From NCBI GenBank assembly GCA_031458695.1, contig JAVKJW010000035.1:1-20986 (forward strand): 20,986 nt of DNA, read 5' to 3'. Below are positions 1-8,231 of this stretch, one piece after another (the first letter of the stretch is position 1; each line of letters begins with the position of its first letter). This stretch comes from Candidatus Thermofontivivens primus. Its GTDB lineage: Bacteria > Sysuimicrobiota > Sysuimicrobiia > Sysuimicrobiales > Thermofontiviventaceae. Below the pieces are notes generated by a model that did not search any database, was not told where the DNA came from, and saw only the letters and a list, made by a program, of their open reading frames with translations. A program made the translations under genes and the position numbers.

Positions 1-824
1 TAGAAGCCCTGGCCCAGATTATGGCCAGGCATCCGGTGGCGGTGGTGATGTTCAGCGCCATCACCACTCGGGATGCAGAGTCCACCATCAGGGCTCTGGA
101 GCTCGGGGCAGTGGACTTCGTCCTGAAACCCAAGGGGTGGGGGTTAGAGTCCGTCCGCAGGGAGCTCATCGAAAAAGTCAAAATGGCCAAAGGAGTGCGG
201 AGGAAGCGGCTGAAGGTCAGGCCAGAGGTCCCTGCCTCAGGCCTCCGACTCCCGGGCACGGGTCAGCGCGTAGTCGTCATTGGAACCTCGACGGGCGGAC
301 CGAGGGCCCTCCAGGAGGTTATCCCTAGACTCCCAGCATCCCTTCCGGCGTGCGTTCTCATCGTCCAACACATGCCCCCGGGGTTCACCCGTAGCCTCGC
401 TGAGCGCCTTAACTCCCTCTCCAAGCTCCCGGTGCAGGAGGCGGAGCCTGGAGATCCAGTCCAAAACGGGGTTGTCTACATCGCTCCGGGAGGGTGGCAC
501 ATGGTTGTGGGACAGGATGGCAGGATCCTCCTCGACGACTCCCCTCCTCTCAATGGCCTCCGGCCTGCCGCAGACATCACCATGCGGAGCATCGCAGAGG
601 TCTACGGGCCGAATGTCCTGGGGGTTGTTCTCACAGGCATCGGCCACGACGGCAGGGATGGGGCAAGAGCCATCAAAGTCAAGCGTGGCATCGTACTTGC
701 TGAGCATGAGTCAACGTGTGTGATCTATGGGATGCCCCGGGCCGTGATCGAGGCGGGATATGCGGACCTTGTGATTCCCCTTGACCTCATTGCGGCAGAG
801 ATCACCAGAATTGTGGCGGGATGA
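1..824 (+). CDS. cheB: Chemotaxis response-regulator methylesterase CheB (5'-truncated by window edge)
   Basis: The frame stays open upstream of ATG 21 (EALAQIM). End of receiver domain (ALELGAVDFVLKP). Methylesterase motifs GTSTGGP, VQHMP, LTGIGHDG, YGMP. Confidence 0.96.
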   Translation, partial: EALAQIMARHPVAVVMFSAITTRDAESTIRALELGAVDFVLKPKGWGLESVRRELIEKVKMAKGVRRKRLKVRPEVPASGLRLPGTGQRVVVIGTSTGGPRALQEVIPRLPASLPACVLIVQHMPPGFTRSLAERLNSLSKLPVQEAEPGDPVQNGVVYIAPGGWHMVVGQDGRILLDDSPPLNGLRPAADITMRSIAEVYGPNVLGVVLTGIGHDGRDGARAIKVKRGIVLAEHESTCVIYGMPRAVIEAGYADLVIPLDLIAAEITRIVAG

Positions 825-2017
825 AGATGGCCCAGCGGGTAAAAGCTTTGGAGAAGCGGGAAGTTTCCCTCGGGAGCGTGAGCCTTCCGGAGGTGATGCC
901 CCTTGCGGAGGTGATGGCTCCCGAGGTGCTGGCCAGGGAGCTTCGTGTGCTCTGGGCGCTCTGGGAGATCACCAAATCCTTGGACCTTGACCTCTCCGAA
1001 GGGGAGGTCTACAAGCGCCTGCTGGATCTGGTAGGGCGCCTCGTTCCTTTTACCTATGCAACGCTCTATCTCCTCGACTGGACGGGGAAGGTCCATGTTG
1101 CAGCTACGAGCGGCCGTCCCATCGATCTTGTGGAAGAAATCTCCTTCGGCCCCGGGAATGGAATCTCCAGCTGGGTGGTGGAGAGGAAGGTCCCGTTCCT
1201 CGTCCCTTCAGACCAGGAATCTCCTCGGATGGGGAGGAAGAGCTTCCGGGATTCCCCGTTGACTTCCTTCCTGGCAGTCCCCCTCGTGCACCGGTCCGCT
1301 GTCCTGGGGGTTGTTGCCCTGGCCAGGGATGCCGGCAGGTATACCCAAGAGGATCTCCATATTCTCCAGCGACTCGCCACAAGCATCTGCGTGGTGGTGG
1401 ACAGGTTCCGGCGGGAAGAGAAATACCGGCGCCTCGCCCTGGTGGACGAGCTGACAGGAGTCTATAACCGTAGGTATCTCGTCGAACGCCTTCACCAGGA
1501 AATCAAGCGGGCGGAGCGGTTGATGCGCCCGCTCAGCTTGGCGATGCTGGATCTGGACGGGTTTAAGAAACTCAACGATACCCTGGGGCATCCAGCGGGC
1601 GATCGGGCGCTCCGGTGGCTGGCAGAGCTTCTCCGGAGCGGGGTGCGGTCTTCGGATGTGGTCTGCCGATACGGGGGAGACGAGTTCGTCATCCTCATGC
1701 CTGAAGCGTCCCTGACCTCCGCGGTGCAGGTGATTGAACGCCTCCGCCGTCGGATCTTGGAGAAGCCGCTCTCCTTCTCAGTTCCCGGCCGCAAGGCAAG
1801 GATCACCCTGAAGGTGAGTTTCGGCATCGCCAGCTGCAGCGACAGGCTCTTGCCAGGGGAAGAGCTCATTGCAGCAGCTGATCGTGCCCTGCTAGAGGCC
1901 AAGCTAGCTGGTGGGAATTGTTACCGTGTCGCACAGGAATCCACCATCGCGAAGGAACCTCAGCGAAATCTTGTAAGAGATTTCGCCGGAGACCCCGGCA
2001 AAGGTCAGGGAGCCTAG
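821..2017 (+). CDS. GAF-domain sensor diguanylate cyclase
   Basis: GAF-like segment (SFLAVPLV...LGVVALA), then DELTGVYNRRY, DLDGFKKLNDTLGHPAGD, RYGGDEF and the I-site RSSD. ATGA overlap with the cheB stop. Confidence 0.93.
   Translation: MKMAQRVKALEKREVSLGSVSLPEVMPLAEVMAPEVLARELRVLWALWEITKSLDLDLSEGEVYKRLLDLVGRLVPFTYATLYLLDWTGKVHVAATSGRPIDLVEEISFGPGNGISSWVVERKVPFLVPSDQESPRMGRKSFRDSPLTSFLAVPLVHRSAVLGVVALARDAGRYTQEDLHILQRLATSICVVVDRFRREEKYRRLALVDELTGVYNRRYLVERLHQEIKRAERLMRPLSLAMLDLDGFKKLNDTLGHPAGDRALRWLAELLRSGVRSSDVVCRYGGDEFVILMPEASLTSAVQVIERLRRRILEKPLSFSVPGRKARITLKVSFGIASCSDRLLPGEELIAAADRALLEAKLAGGNCYRVAQESTIAKEPQRNLVRDFAGDPGKGQGA
1957..1996 (-). repeat. Palindromic element copy inside the diguanylate cyclase 3' end
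   Basis: Minus strand reads GGGGT CTCC GGCGAAATCT CTTACA AGATTTCGCT GAGG T, matching the copy at 8113-8154. Confidence 0.8.
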
Positions 2018-2049
2018 TGTCAGGATACTGAAAGGTTCGTGATCTCCTC

Positions 2050-2859
2050 ATGGCTGAGACAAAGCCTCGCGTGGAAGAGGACTTCGCGCAGTTGCGCCAA
2101 TTCCTCCTCTCCCGTTGCGGGTTTGACTTGGGAGCCTACAAGCTGGAGCAGATGCGTCGGCGCCTTGAAGCTGCGATGTTCCGCCTGGGGGTCGCATCTT
2201 ACGCCGAGCTCCTCCGGCGCCTGCGGGAAGATCCAAAAGCTGTACAGGACCTCATCGACCGGCTTACCATCAACGTCTCAGAGTTCTTCCGGAACCCAGA
2301 GAAGTTCCACCAGCTTGAGACGGTGATCCTTCCCAGACTCCTCCGGCGCTGGCCGAGGCTTCGGGCATGGAGCGCTGGGTGCTCGTATGGGGCGGAACCC
2401 TATTCCCTGGCAATCCTGTTGCGGGAGGTCACGGGACGTTCAGACCACCAGATCCTCGCTACGGATATCGACCAAGCTATCCTTGAACGGGCTCGCCGTG
2501 GGGAGTATACCTCAGAGGAGGTCAAGAACGTCCCGATCCAGCGGCTCCGGAAGTATTTCTATCAGAAAGACAATCTCTACGTCGTCCACAAAGAGATCAA
2601 GTCCATGGTCGAGTTCCGCCGCCACGACCTGCTTCGCGACCCGTTCGAGGATGGCTGGCACCTGATCCTCTGCCGCAACGTGGTGATCTACTTCACCGAA
2701 GCGGCGAAAACACAGCTATACACCAGGTTCTATCACGCCCTGGCCGATGGGGGAGTTCTCTTCATTGGAGCCACTGAGCAGATCCTCAACGCCCGAGCGA
2801 TTGGGTTCACATCGCCCTTGCCTTTCTTTTATGAGAAAACCCCTCTCAAGGAAAGGTGA
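2050..2859 (+). CDS. cheR: Chemotaxis protein methyltransferase CheR
   Basis: TINVSEFFRNP, WSAGCSYGAEPYSLAI, ATDID, HDLL, ILCRNVVIYF, GGVLFIGATE. Confidence 0.96.
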   Translation: MAETKPRVEEDFAQLRQFLLSRCGFDLGAYKLEQMRRRLEAAMFRLGVASYAELLRRLREDPKAVQDLIDRLTINVSEFFRNPEKFHQLETVILPRLLRRWPRLRAWSAGCSYGAEPYSLAILLREVTGRSDHQILATDIDQAILERARRGEYTSEEVKNVPIQRLRKYFYQKDNLYVVHKEIKSMVEFRRHDLLRDPFEDGWHLILCRNVVIYFTEAAKTQLYTRFYHALADGGVLFIGATEQILNARAIGFTSPLPFFYEKTPLKER

Positions 2860-2966
2860 AAGGGAGTGCCTCCCTGCTCACTTTTCTCTGTCCCCTTCGC
2901 AAAGGAGAGAGGATACGGGATCCATATGGCAAGGTTCTTGCTCTGTAGCTCCGAGGGAGGTGGCCT

Positions 2967-3575
2967 GTGGAAGACATCTTCGAGAGCCTTTCGAGCCGGG
3001 AGATCGATATTCTGCGGGAAGTAGGAAATGTCGGTGCAGGTCACGCAGCGACGGCGCTCTCCCGTCTGCTCAATCGACGCATCCTCATGACCGTTCCACG
3101 GGCATATGTGATCCCGCTGCGCGAGGCTCCTGAGCTGGTCGGAGGGACGGAGACTCTTGTGGTCGGGGTCTACCTTTCGGTAACGGGGGATGCCCCGGGC
3201 CATATGCTTTTCTTTGCCCCTTGGAGCTCGGCGATGGCGCTGGTGGAGATGCTCATGGGGCCACAGGAGGATCTCACGGAGATGGGCAGGTCGGCACTCG
3301 AGGAGGTAGGAAACATCTTGACCTCTTCCTACCTCACTGCCCTCGCAGATTTCACTGGCCTCCTTGTAGTCCCTACTCCTCCGCTCATTGCCGTGGATAT
3401 GCTTGGAGCGATCCTCAGCACAGTCCTCATCGAGATCGGCAAAGCAGGCGACCATGTGCTGGTCGTGGAGACAGAATTCCAGGACGCGGGGAGGGCCTTG
3501 AGTGGCTACATGGTGTTCATCCCTGAAGGCGTCGCCCTGATGACGATCTTGCGAGCCCTTGGGGAGAGGCAGTGA
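2967..3575 (+). CDS. cheC: CheY-P phosphatase CheC
   Basis: Two E-x-G-N phosphatase motifs (DILREVGNVGAGHAATALS; SALEEVGNILTSSYLTALAD). GTG start after GGAGG. Adjacent to cheD. Confidence 0.93.
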   Translation: MEDIFESLSSREIDILREVGNVGAGHAATALSRLLNRRILMTVPRAYVIPLREAPELVGGTETLVVGVYLSVTGDAPGHMLFFAPWSSAMALVEMLMGPQEDLTEMGRSALEEVGNILTSSYLTALADFTGLLVVPTPPLIAVDMLGAILSTVLIEIGKAGDHVLVVETEFQDAGRALSGYMVFIPEGVALMTILRALGERQ

Positions 3576-4264
3576 TCACGATGGTGGGGAGTCTTCAGTG
3601 GATACAGCACAGCCACTGGTGGGTGTCGGATCCTTTCCCGCTGTCCGGTCTTATGCTCTGGGAAAGAGGTGCGCAAACTGTCTCTACCGGTCCTCTCGAG
3701 GGCGCTTCCTTCGGGGGGAATCCCTCTCCAAGGAGCAGCGCACGAGTACTGAACGAAGATGGAGGAGAGAAGAAAGAGAGCCCGGAGGTGATCCGGGTAG
3801 GGATGGCGGAGGGATACGTCACCGCAAATCCTTCTTCTGTTCTTGCCGCGTTGGGGCTTGGTTCTTGTGTGGCCGTGATGCTCTACGATCCTGTACGGCG
3901 CGTCGCCGGGATGGCCCACGTCATGCTCCCGACCTCACCTGATGGGAGAGGAGGAACGACGCCCTACAAGTTTGCGGATACGGCGATCCCGCGTCTGGTG
4001 GAAGAGATGGTGAAAGCTGGAGCCAAGCCCTCCCAGCTCGTGGCCAAACTTGCCGGGGGCGCGAGCATGTTCCAAACCGCCGCGGACAGTCCTTTGAACA
4101 TCGGGCAGCGCAATATCCAGGCTGTCGAGGAGGAGCTGAAACGCCTGAACATCCGCGTTGTCGCCACGAGGATCGGCGGGAATGTGGGACGCTCGGTGTA
4201 CTTCTACCCTGCTACGGGGATCGCTCGGGTGCGGAGCATCGGACAAGAAGAGCAAGAATTCTAG
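3572..4264 (+). CDS. cheD: Chemoreceptor glutamine deamidase CheD (true start uncertain; recognisable core begins ~3788)
   Basis: VIRVGMAE, catalytic LGSCVAV and GMAHVMLP, KFADTAIP, KLAGGASMF, IGQRN. Confidence 0.92.
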   Translation: MITMVGSLQWIQHSHWWVSDPFPLSGLMLWERGAQTVSTGPLEGASFGGNPSPRSSARVLNEDGGEKKESPEVIRVGMAEGYVTANPSSVLAALGLGSCVAVMLYDPVRRVAGMAHVMLPTSPDGRGGTTPYKFADTAIPRLVEEMVKAGAKPSQLVAKLAGGASMFQTAADSPLNIGQRNIQAVEEELKRLNIRVVATRIGGNVGRSVYFYPATGIARVRSIGQEEQEF

Positions 4265-4342
4265 GGCGAGGAGCCAAGCGTTCGGAGCAAGGAGAGGAGT
4301 GCTTCAGAACAAGGCAAGAGGCGTGATTGCGGGGTTTCCTCG

Positions 4343-5167
4343 ATGAAGGCCGTGACGACGGAAGAGCTGTGGCACAAACTGAAGCGGGCTGGGGATCAGG
4401 AAGCGAGGAAGGCCCTGGCGTTACATTACCTCTACTTGGTCAAGGGGGTAGCCCGGCGTATCAAGAGCAACCTTCCCAACACCGTTCTTCTTGAGGACCT
4501 CGAGGGGTATGGGGTGATCGGCCTACTTGAAGCCATCGACCGGTTCGACCCCAACCGGGGGATCAACTTTGAGGCCTTTGCCCTCGCGCGGATCCGCGGG
4601 GCGATTCTGGATTACCTGCGGAGCGTGGACATTGCCAGCAGGACGATCCGTGCGCGCCTCCGACGGATCGAGCAAGTGTACAGAGATCTCGGGATGCAGC
4701 TGGGACGGGAAGCCACGGAGTCCGAGGCCGCGAAGGCGCTGGGGATCTCCACGGAAGAACTGCGAGAGGACCTAGCCAGGATGGGGGGGCTTGTGGTCCT
4801 TTCCTTTGAGGAGCTGCTCCGGGCGCGGCTGGACGAGCGTTCTGGTGGAGCTGAACAGCTCCCGGATCCCTCTGCGGCTGATCCTCTCGAACAGATTGAG
4901 CGGGAGGAGCTCCACCAGGCGCTCATGAGGAGCATTGGAGAGCTTTCAGAGCGCGAGAAACTTGTTTTGGGACTCTATTACTATGAACGCCTGACCCTTG
5001 CGGAAATCGGGGCGGTTCTGAACGTGACGGAGTCCAGGGCGAGCCAGATTCTTGCAGAAGCCATCCTGCATCTCCGGAGCAAGCTTGCGAGAAGGGGGTT
5101 CGTGGAGCGAGTGGCTTCCCAGCGTCCGCGGTCTGGGGTGAAGAATCGTGCAGTTGGCAGGATCTAA
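4343..5167 (+). CDS. fliA: RNA polymerase sigma factor FliA/SigD/WhiG (sigma-28)
   Basis: EDLEGYGVIGLLEAIDRFDP, RIRGAILDYLR, LSEREKLVLGLYYYERLTLAEIGAVLNVTESR. Follows cheC-cheD. Confidence 0.93.
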   Translation: MKAVTTEELWHKLKRAGDQEARKALALHYLYLVKGVARRIKSNLPNTVLLEDLEGYGVIGLLEAIDRFDPNRGINFEAFALARIRGAILDYLRSVDIASRTIRARLRRIEQVYRDLGMQLGREATESEAAKALGISTEELREDLARMGGLVVLSFEELLRARLDERSGGAEQLPDPSAADPLEQIEREELHQALMRSIGELSEREKLVLGLYYYERLTLAEIGAVLNVTESRASQILAEAILHLRSKLARRGFVERVASQRPRSGVKNRAVGRI

Positions 5168-5170
5168 GGG

Positions 5171-5208
5171 AGGAACCCCGGCACAAGCCAAAAGGCTGTT
5201 GCCGGGAT
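5171..5208 (+). repeat. Degenerate palindromic element / hairpin just after the fliA stop
   Basis: AGGAA CCCC GGCACAAGCC AAAA GGCTGTTGCC GGGA T has the same layout as the 8167-8204 copy. Confidence 0.55.
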
Positions 5209-5227
5209 AGTTGAGGGAAGTGGGAGG

Positions 5228-5509
5228 ATGAAGCCCATTGAGTTGCGTGATGTGCTTGCGAAGTCCCAGGAAGTTGAACGGGTGCAGCCCACGGGCCCAA
5301 GGGCAACCAAGGTCCCTCAGGAGCAAGCCGCTATCGATGTCTCGCAACGGATCCAAGAGCGCAAAGCTCAGGTTATGGGAGCGGGAAAGAGCTCGGAGGG
5401 CCCGCCTCCCGTCCGCGAGGAGGAGAAGGGACGCCGTCAACGAGGGAGAGATTCCAAAAACCGCCAGCACTCAGGGAAGGAGGAAAAGCATATCGATACT
5501 GTAGTCTAG
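5228..5509 (+). CDS. Small charged hypothetical protein of the type found after fliA in flagellar operons
   Basis: Purine-rich SD upstream. N-terminal MKPIEL...SQEVERVQ and C-terminal KHIDTVV resemble, from memory, conserved post-fliA hypotheticals. Confidence 0.7.
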   Translation: MKPIELRDVLAKSQEVERVQPTGPRATKVPQEQAAIDVSQRIQERKAQVMGAGKSSEGPPPVREEEKGRRQRGRDSKNRQHSGKEEKHIDTVV

Positions 5510-5567
5510 CCGTCTCATCTGATCTTGGTTTCGTTTGGCGATCTGAGGAAAGGGAGGGGAGAGAACG

Positions 5568-6080
5568 ATGGAGCAGCTCATCACCGTGGCAGTCGTGCAG
5601 GTTTTGTTCCTCGCCGGGGTGTTCTTGTGGCTTCAGCGCAAGGGGATCATCGCCAAACTAGCCCCAGCGGTCGTTCCATCCCGGATGGAAGAGGCCGTCC
5701 GGCTCCTGGAGCATACCGCCCAGGGCGTGATCGCCGAGCTAGAGGTTCGCATCGCCGAGGCAAGGGGACTTCTGGAGGAGTGGGACCGGAGGCTCTCTAC
5801 TTCCGGGAGTGCGAAGGAAACCCCGAAGAGAGATGGAGGGGGAAGGACACAGGAAGCTCGGGAGAAGGTCCTTGCTTCTTTTACCAACCGGGGGAATGGG
5901 GGAAGCGAACATCACCAGCAAACATCCTCAAGCGATGCAGCGGCTCGGTTCATCCAAGCTCTCCAGGAGTTCGAGCGGGCACAACAGACGCCCACCCGGT
6001 CGTCTAGCCGAAACGGGTCCAACGGAGTAAAATCACGGAAGGCGGCTACGCGATCGAAAGGACGTCGGCCCTCTCGGTGA
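5568..6080 (+). CDS. Hypothetical membrane-anchored coiled-coil protein
   Basis: GGAG SD, a single N-terminal hydrophobic helix (LITVAVVQVLFLAGVFLWL), a helical segment, then a low-complexity basic tail. Confidence 0.7.
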   Translation: MEQLITVAVVQVLFLAGVFLWLQRKGIIAKLAPAVVPSRMEEAVRLLEHTAQGVIAELEVRIAEARGLLEEWDRRLSTSGSAKETPKRDGGGRTQEAREKVLASFTNRGNGGSEHHQQTSSSDAAARFIQALQEFERAQQTPTRSSSRNGSNGVKSRKAATRSKGRRPSR

Positions 6081-6088
6081 ACTCAAGG

Positions 6089-6122
6089 GGAGTCCCCTCG
6101 AAATCATTGGACAAGATTTTGC
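6089..6122 (+). repeat. Degenerate palindromic element between convergent genes
   Basis: GGAGT CCCC TCGAAATC ATTGGACAA GATTTTGC shares the head and the GACAA..GATTTTGC segment with 8113-8154. Confidence 0.5.
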
Positions 6123-6129
6123 TGCCCTC

Positions 6130-6921
6130 TTACAAGAAAACGGAGGAGGCGATCCCCACAGCTGCTCCCCATCCCGAGGCGAGAACGTTCACGGCGTTGT
6201 TGGTGATCCCCCGGATCCCACGGCGCCGCTCCGTAGGCCTGTTGCAGCAAACGGCCCTCTCTCCTTCCCTTCCACAGGCAGGGCAACGAAAACCCTCCTG
6301 GATGGTCGCTCCGAGGATGCTGTCTATGAACATCGCGGTGACCCCGGCGAGGAAGGTCCCCAACCATAGGGACGGAGACGGCCAGAACAGCAGAGCCAGA
6401 GTGGCGATGGTGCATGCTCCGAGGATACCTCCAGCCGTCCCTTCGAAGGTGACCCCCCCTGAGCGTCCTGGTTCCACCCGCTCACCCGTGGTGATCAGGC
6501 GGGGCATGGAGGGGCTAAGGAGTCCTACCTCCGTTGCCCAGGTGTCAGCGGTCATCGCCGCCATCGCCCCGAGGAAAGCCGGGAGAGCGCCTGCCACCCC
6601 GAAGCCGTATGCCAGTGCCGCCGCAACGGGTATCGCTCCATTCGCCATGACCTGAGCGGCTGTCCTTCCTTCTGGCTCTCTTGCAGAGGGGGCCCAGTTT
6701 TCCCTCTCTTGGCCTTTCCAGACATGGGAAATGCGCGTCCAGAGGGAACTCGTAACAAAAAAGACGAGGAGGACCGTGGCCCAACGCCACCCACCGGAGG
6801 CGAAAATCGCAGTCCCAACAGCGATTGCGGCAATGGCTCCATCTCGCGTGAGCAGGCGCTGCCACCGGGCAAGTGCACTGATGGCTGTACTTAATCCCAA
6901 CCCAAGCAGAGCTCCCTCCAC
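6130..6921 (-). CDS. DUF92 (TMEM19/VTE6-like) integral membrane protein with Cys-rich insert
   Basis: Multiple hydrophobic helices. FFVTSS, GRTAAQVMANG, ADTWATEVG, PGRSGGVT, DSILGATIQ, NNAVN. GTG start after GGAGG. Confidence 0.9.
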   Translation of the reverse strand: MEGALLGLGLSTAISALARWQRLLTRDGAIAAIAVGTAIFASGGWRWATVLLVFFVTSSLWTRISHVWKGQERENWAPSAREPEGRTAAQVMANGAIPVAAALAYGFGVAGALPAFLGAMAAMTADTWATEVGLLSPSMPRLITTGERVEPGRSGGVTFEGTAGGILGACTIATLALLFWPSPSLWLGTFLAGVTAMFIDSILGATIQEGFRCPACGREGERAVCCNRPTERRRGIRGITNNAVNVLASGWGAAVGIASSVFL

Positions 6922-6948
6922 AAGTTGGCCTCCCTTTCTCTCGGTCCT

Positions 6949-7998
6949 TCACGCTTTCTTTTGAATTTCCTCCATTGCCAGGCGGGCGAGGAGGTAGGCA
7001 ATTGTTGCCTCGGCCCCTTGGTTGAGGTTCACTCCGTTCTCTGTAATGCCATCGTAGCATCCTCCGGTGGCAGGGTCGTAGACTGGTTCCCTCTTCAAGT
7101 TCCTTCCCAGGAACCAGAGGAATGCCTTTTGAGCGAGATCGCGGTAACGTCGGTGGTTCGTGTGTTGATATGCCGCGGCGTATGCCTCTACGAGACATCC
7201 TGCATCCACAGGCTGCTGGTCATAGAGTGCTCGTATGCCACCTCGAGGGTACCAGCCGCGGTTGCCCACAGGGGCCAGCACGGCCTTATTCCCCATCTCT
7301 CCATCCGGCTTGAGGAAGAGAACCTCGGTGAGGAAAGCCAATGCTTCCTCTGCGACCTCCAGGATACGTGATTCCTTAAGGAGGCCATAACTCTCCAGGA
7401 GGGCTTGGGGGAGGCGTGCGAGGTCATACGTCAAGATATCTTCAAACCAGCGCCAGGAAGGGGAGGCGTGTTGCTCATACTTCGCGAGGAGGCGGGTGGT
7501 TAGTTCTTGGATCATGTGGAAGGCATCGGGACGCCTCGTTGCTCGGTAGTAGGGGATGAGCCCGAGGAGGCTATTTGCCCATCCTCTCATGGAACGGAGG
7601 CGGGGGATATGCTGGAGCGCCCGTTCAATGATGTACTCCGCTGTCCTCTGAAGGTTGGGAGGGAGCTCTGCAGCAATCACCTCTCCACATCCCCAAATGG
7701 CCCTTCCCAAAGTGTCCTCAGAGCCAATCTCATCGAGAAAATGTCGGTCATATCCGACGAGGTTGTGGAACGTCCCATCCTCGCGTTGTACGTACAACAA
7801 GAAGTGAAGGTAGGTGTGGACGAGGTCCAGGACCTCATTGTTCCTGCTTAGACGGGCAGCTACCACGAGCGCCCTCGCGTTGTCGTCGGTGGTGTAGCCC
7901 GTCTTTGGGTCTCCCACCGAGAACTTCGCATGCTGGACGATCCCTGTGTCATCGGTGAGACAGCGGAGATGGGTAAGGTTCAAGGGCGGAAGATGCAT
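6949..7998 (-). CDS. Glycosyltransferase-associated protein, putative (alpha/alpha)6 glycosidase-like fold
   Basis: LTDDTGIVQHA, GYTTDDNARAL, SEDTLGRAIW, WFEDILTY, YDQQP, GGCYDG, NLNQGAE. This matches the domain often fused C-terminally to GT4 mannosyltransferase-like proteins. Confidence 0.8.
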   Translation of the reverse strand: MHLPPLNLTHLRCLTDDTGIVQHAKFSVGDPKTGYTTDDNARALVVAARLSRNNEVLDLVHTYLHFLLYVQREDGTFHNLVGYDRHFLDEIGSEDTLGRAIWGCGEVIAAELPPNLQRTAEYIIERALQHIPRLRSMRGWANSLLGLIPYYRATRRPDAFHMIQELTTRLLAKYEQHASPSWRWFEDILTYDLARLPQALLESYGLLKESRILEVAEEALAFLTEVLFLKPDGEMGNKAVLAPVGNRGWYPRGGIRALYDQQPVDAGCLVEAYAAAYQHTNHRRYRDLAQKAFLWFLGRNLKREPVYDPATGGCYDGITENGVNLNQGAEATIAYLLARLAMEEIQKKA

Positions 7999-8112
7999 CG
8001 TTATCCCCCCTTCCTCTTTCCCTCACGCCACCAGGAAACCTTGCCCATGCCTTCATCATGAGGATCTTGGAGAATCGGGCGCTATGTCCGGAAGAGAGAT
8101 CCACACCCATGT

Positions 8113-8154
8113 ACCCCTCGCAAAATCTCTTGTCGAGATTTTGCTGGGGACCCC
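8113..8154 (-). repeat. Palindromic element (REP-like), left member of an inverted doublet
   Basis: Minus strand GGGGT CCCC AGCAAAATCTC GACAA GAGATTTTGCGA GGGG T, with a perfect 10-bp inner stem. Confidence 0.85.
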
Positions 8155-8166
8155 GTTGTTTCAAGA

Positions 8167-8204
8167 GGGGCCCCCGGCAAAAGTCTTTTGACTTTCGCCG
8201 GGGT
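8167..8204 (+). repeat. Palindromic element (REP-like), right member of an inverted doublet
   Basis: GGGGC CCCC GGCAAAAGTC TTTT GACTTTCGCC GGGG T. Confidence 0.85.
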
Positions 8205-8231
8205 GCTTCAGATCCAGGCTCCTGAGAACGC

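Noticed and set aside
887..931. Short imperfect tandem repeat (CGGAGGTGATG twice, CGAGGTGCTG) encoding PEVM/AEVM/PEVL
   Set aside because: It is too short and in-frame. The SD-like GGAGGTG motifs have no well-spaced in-frame start.
4265..5567. Sigma-28 promoter near fliA or the downstream genes
   Set aside because: I found no TAAA-N15-GCCGATA-like match by eye.
8113..8204. CRISPR array interpretation of the palindromes
   Set aside because: The copies are dispersed, divergent and inverted, with no regular spacers and no cas genes.
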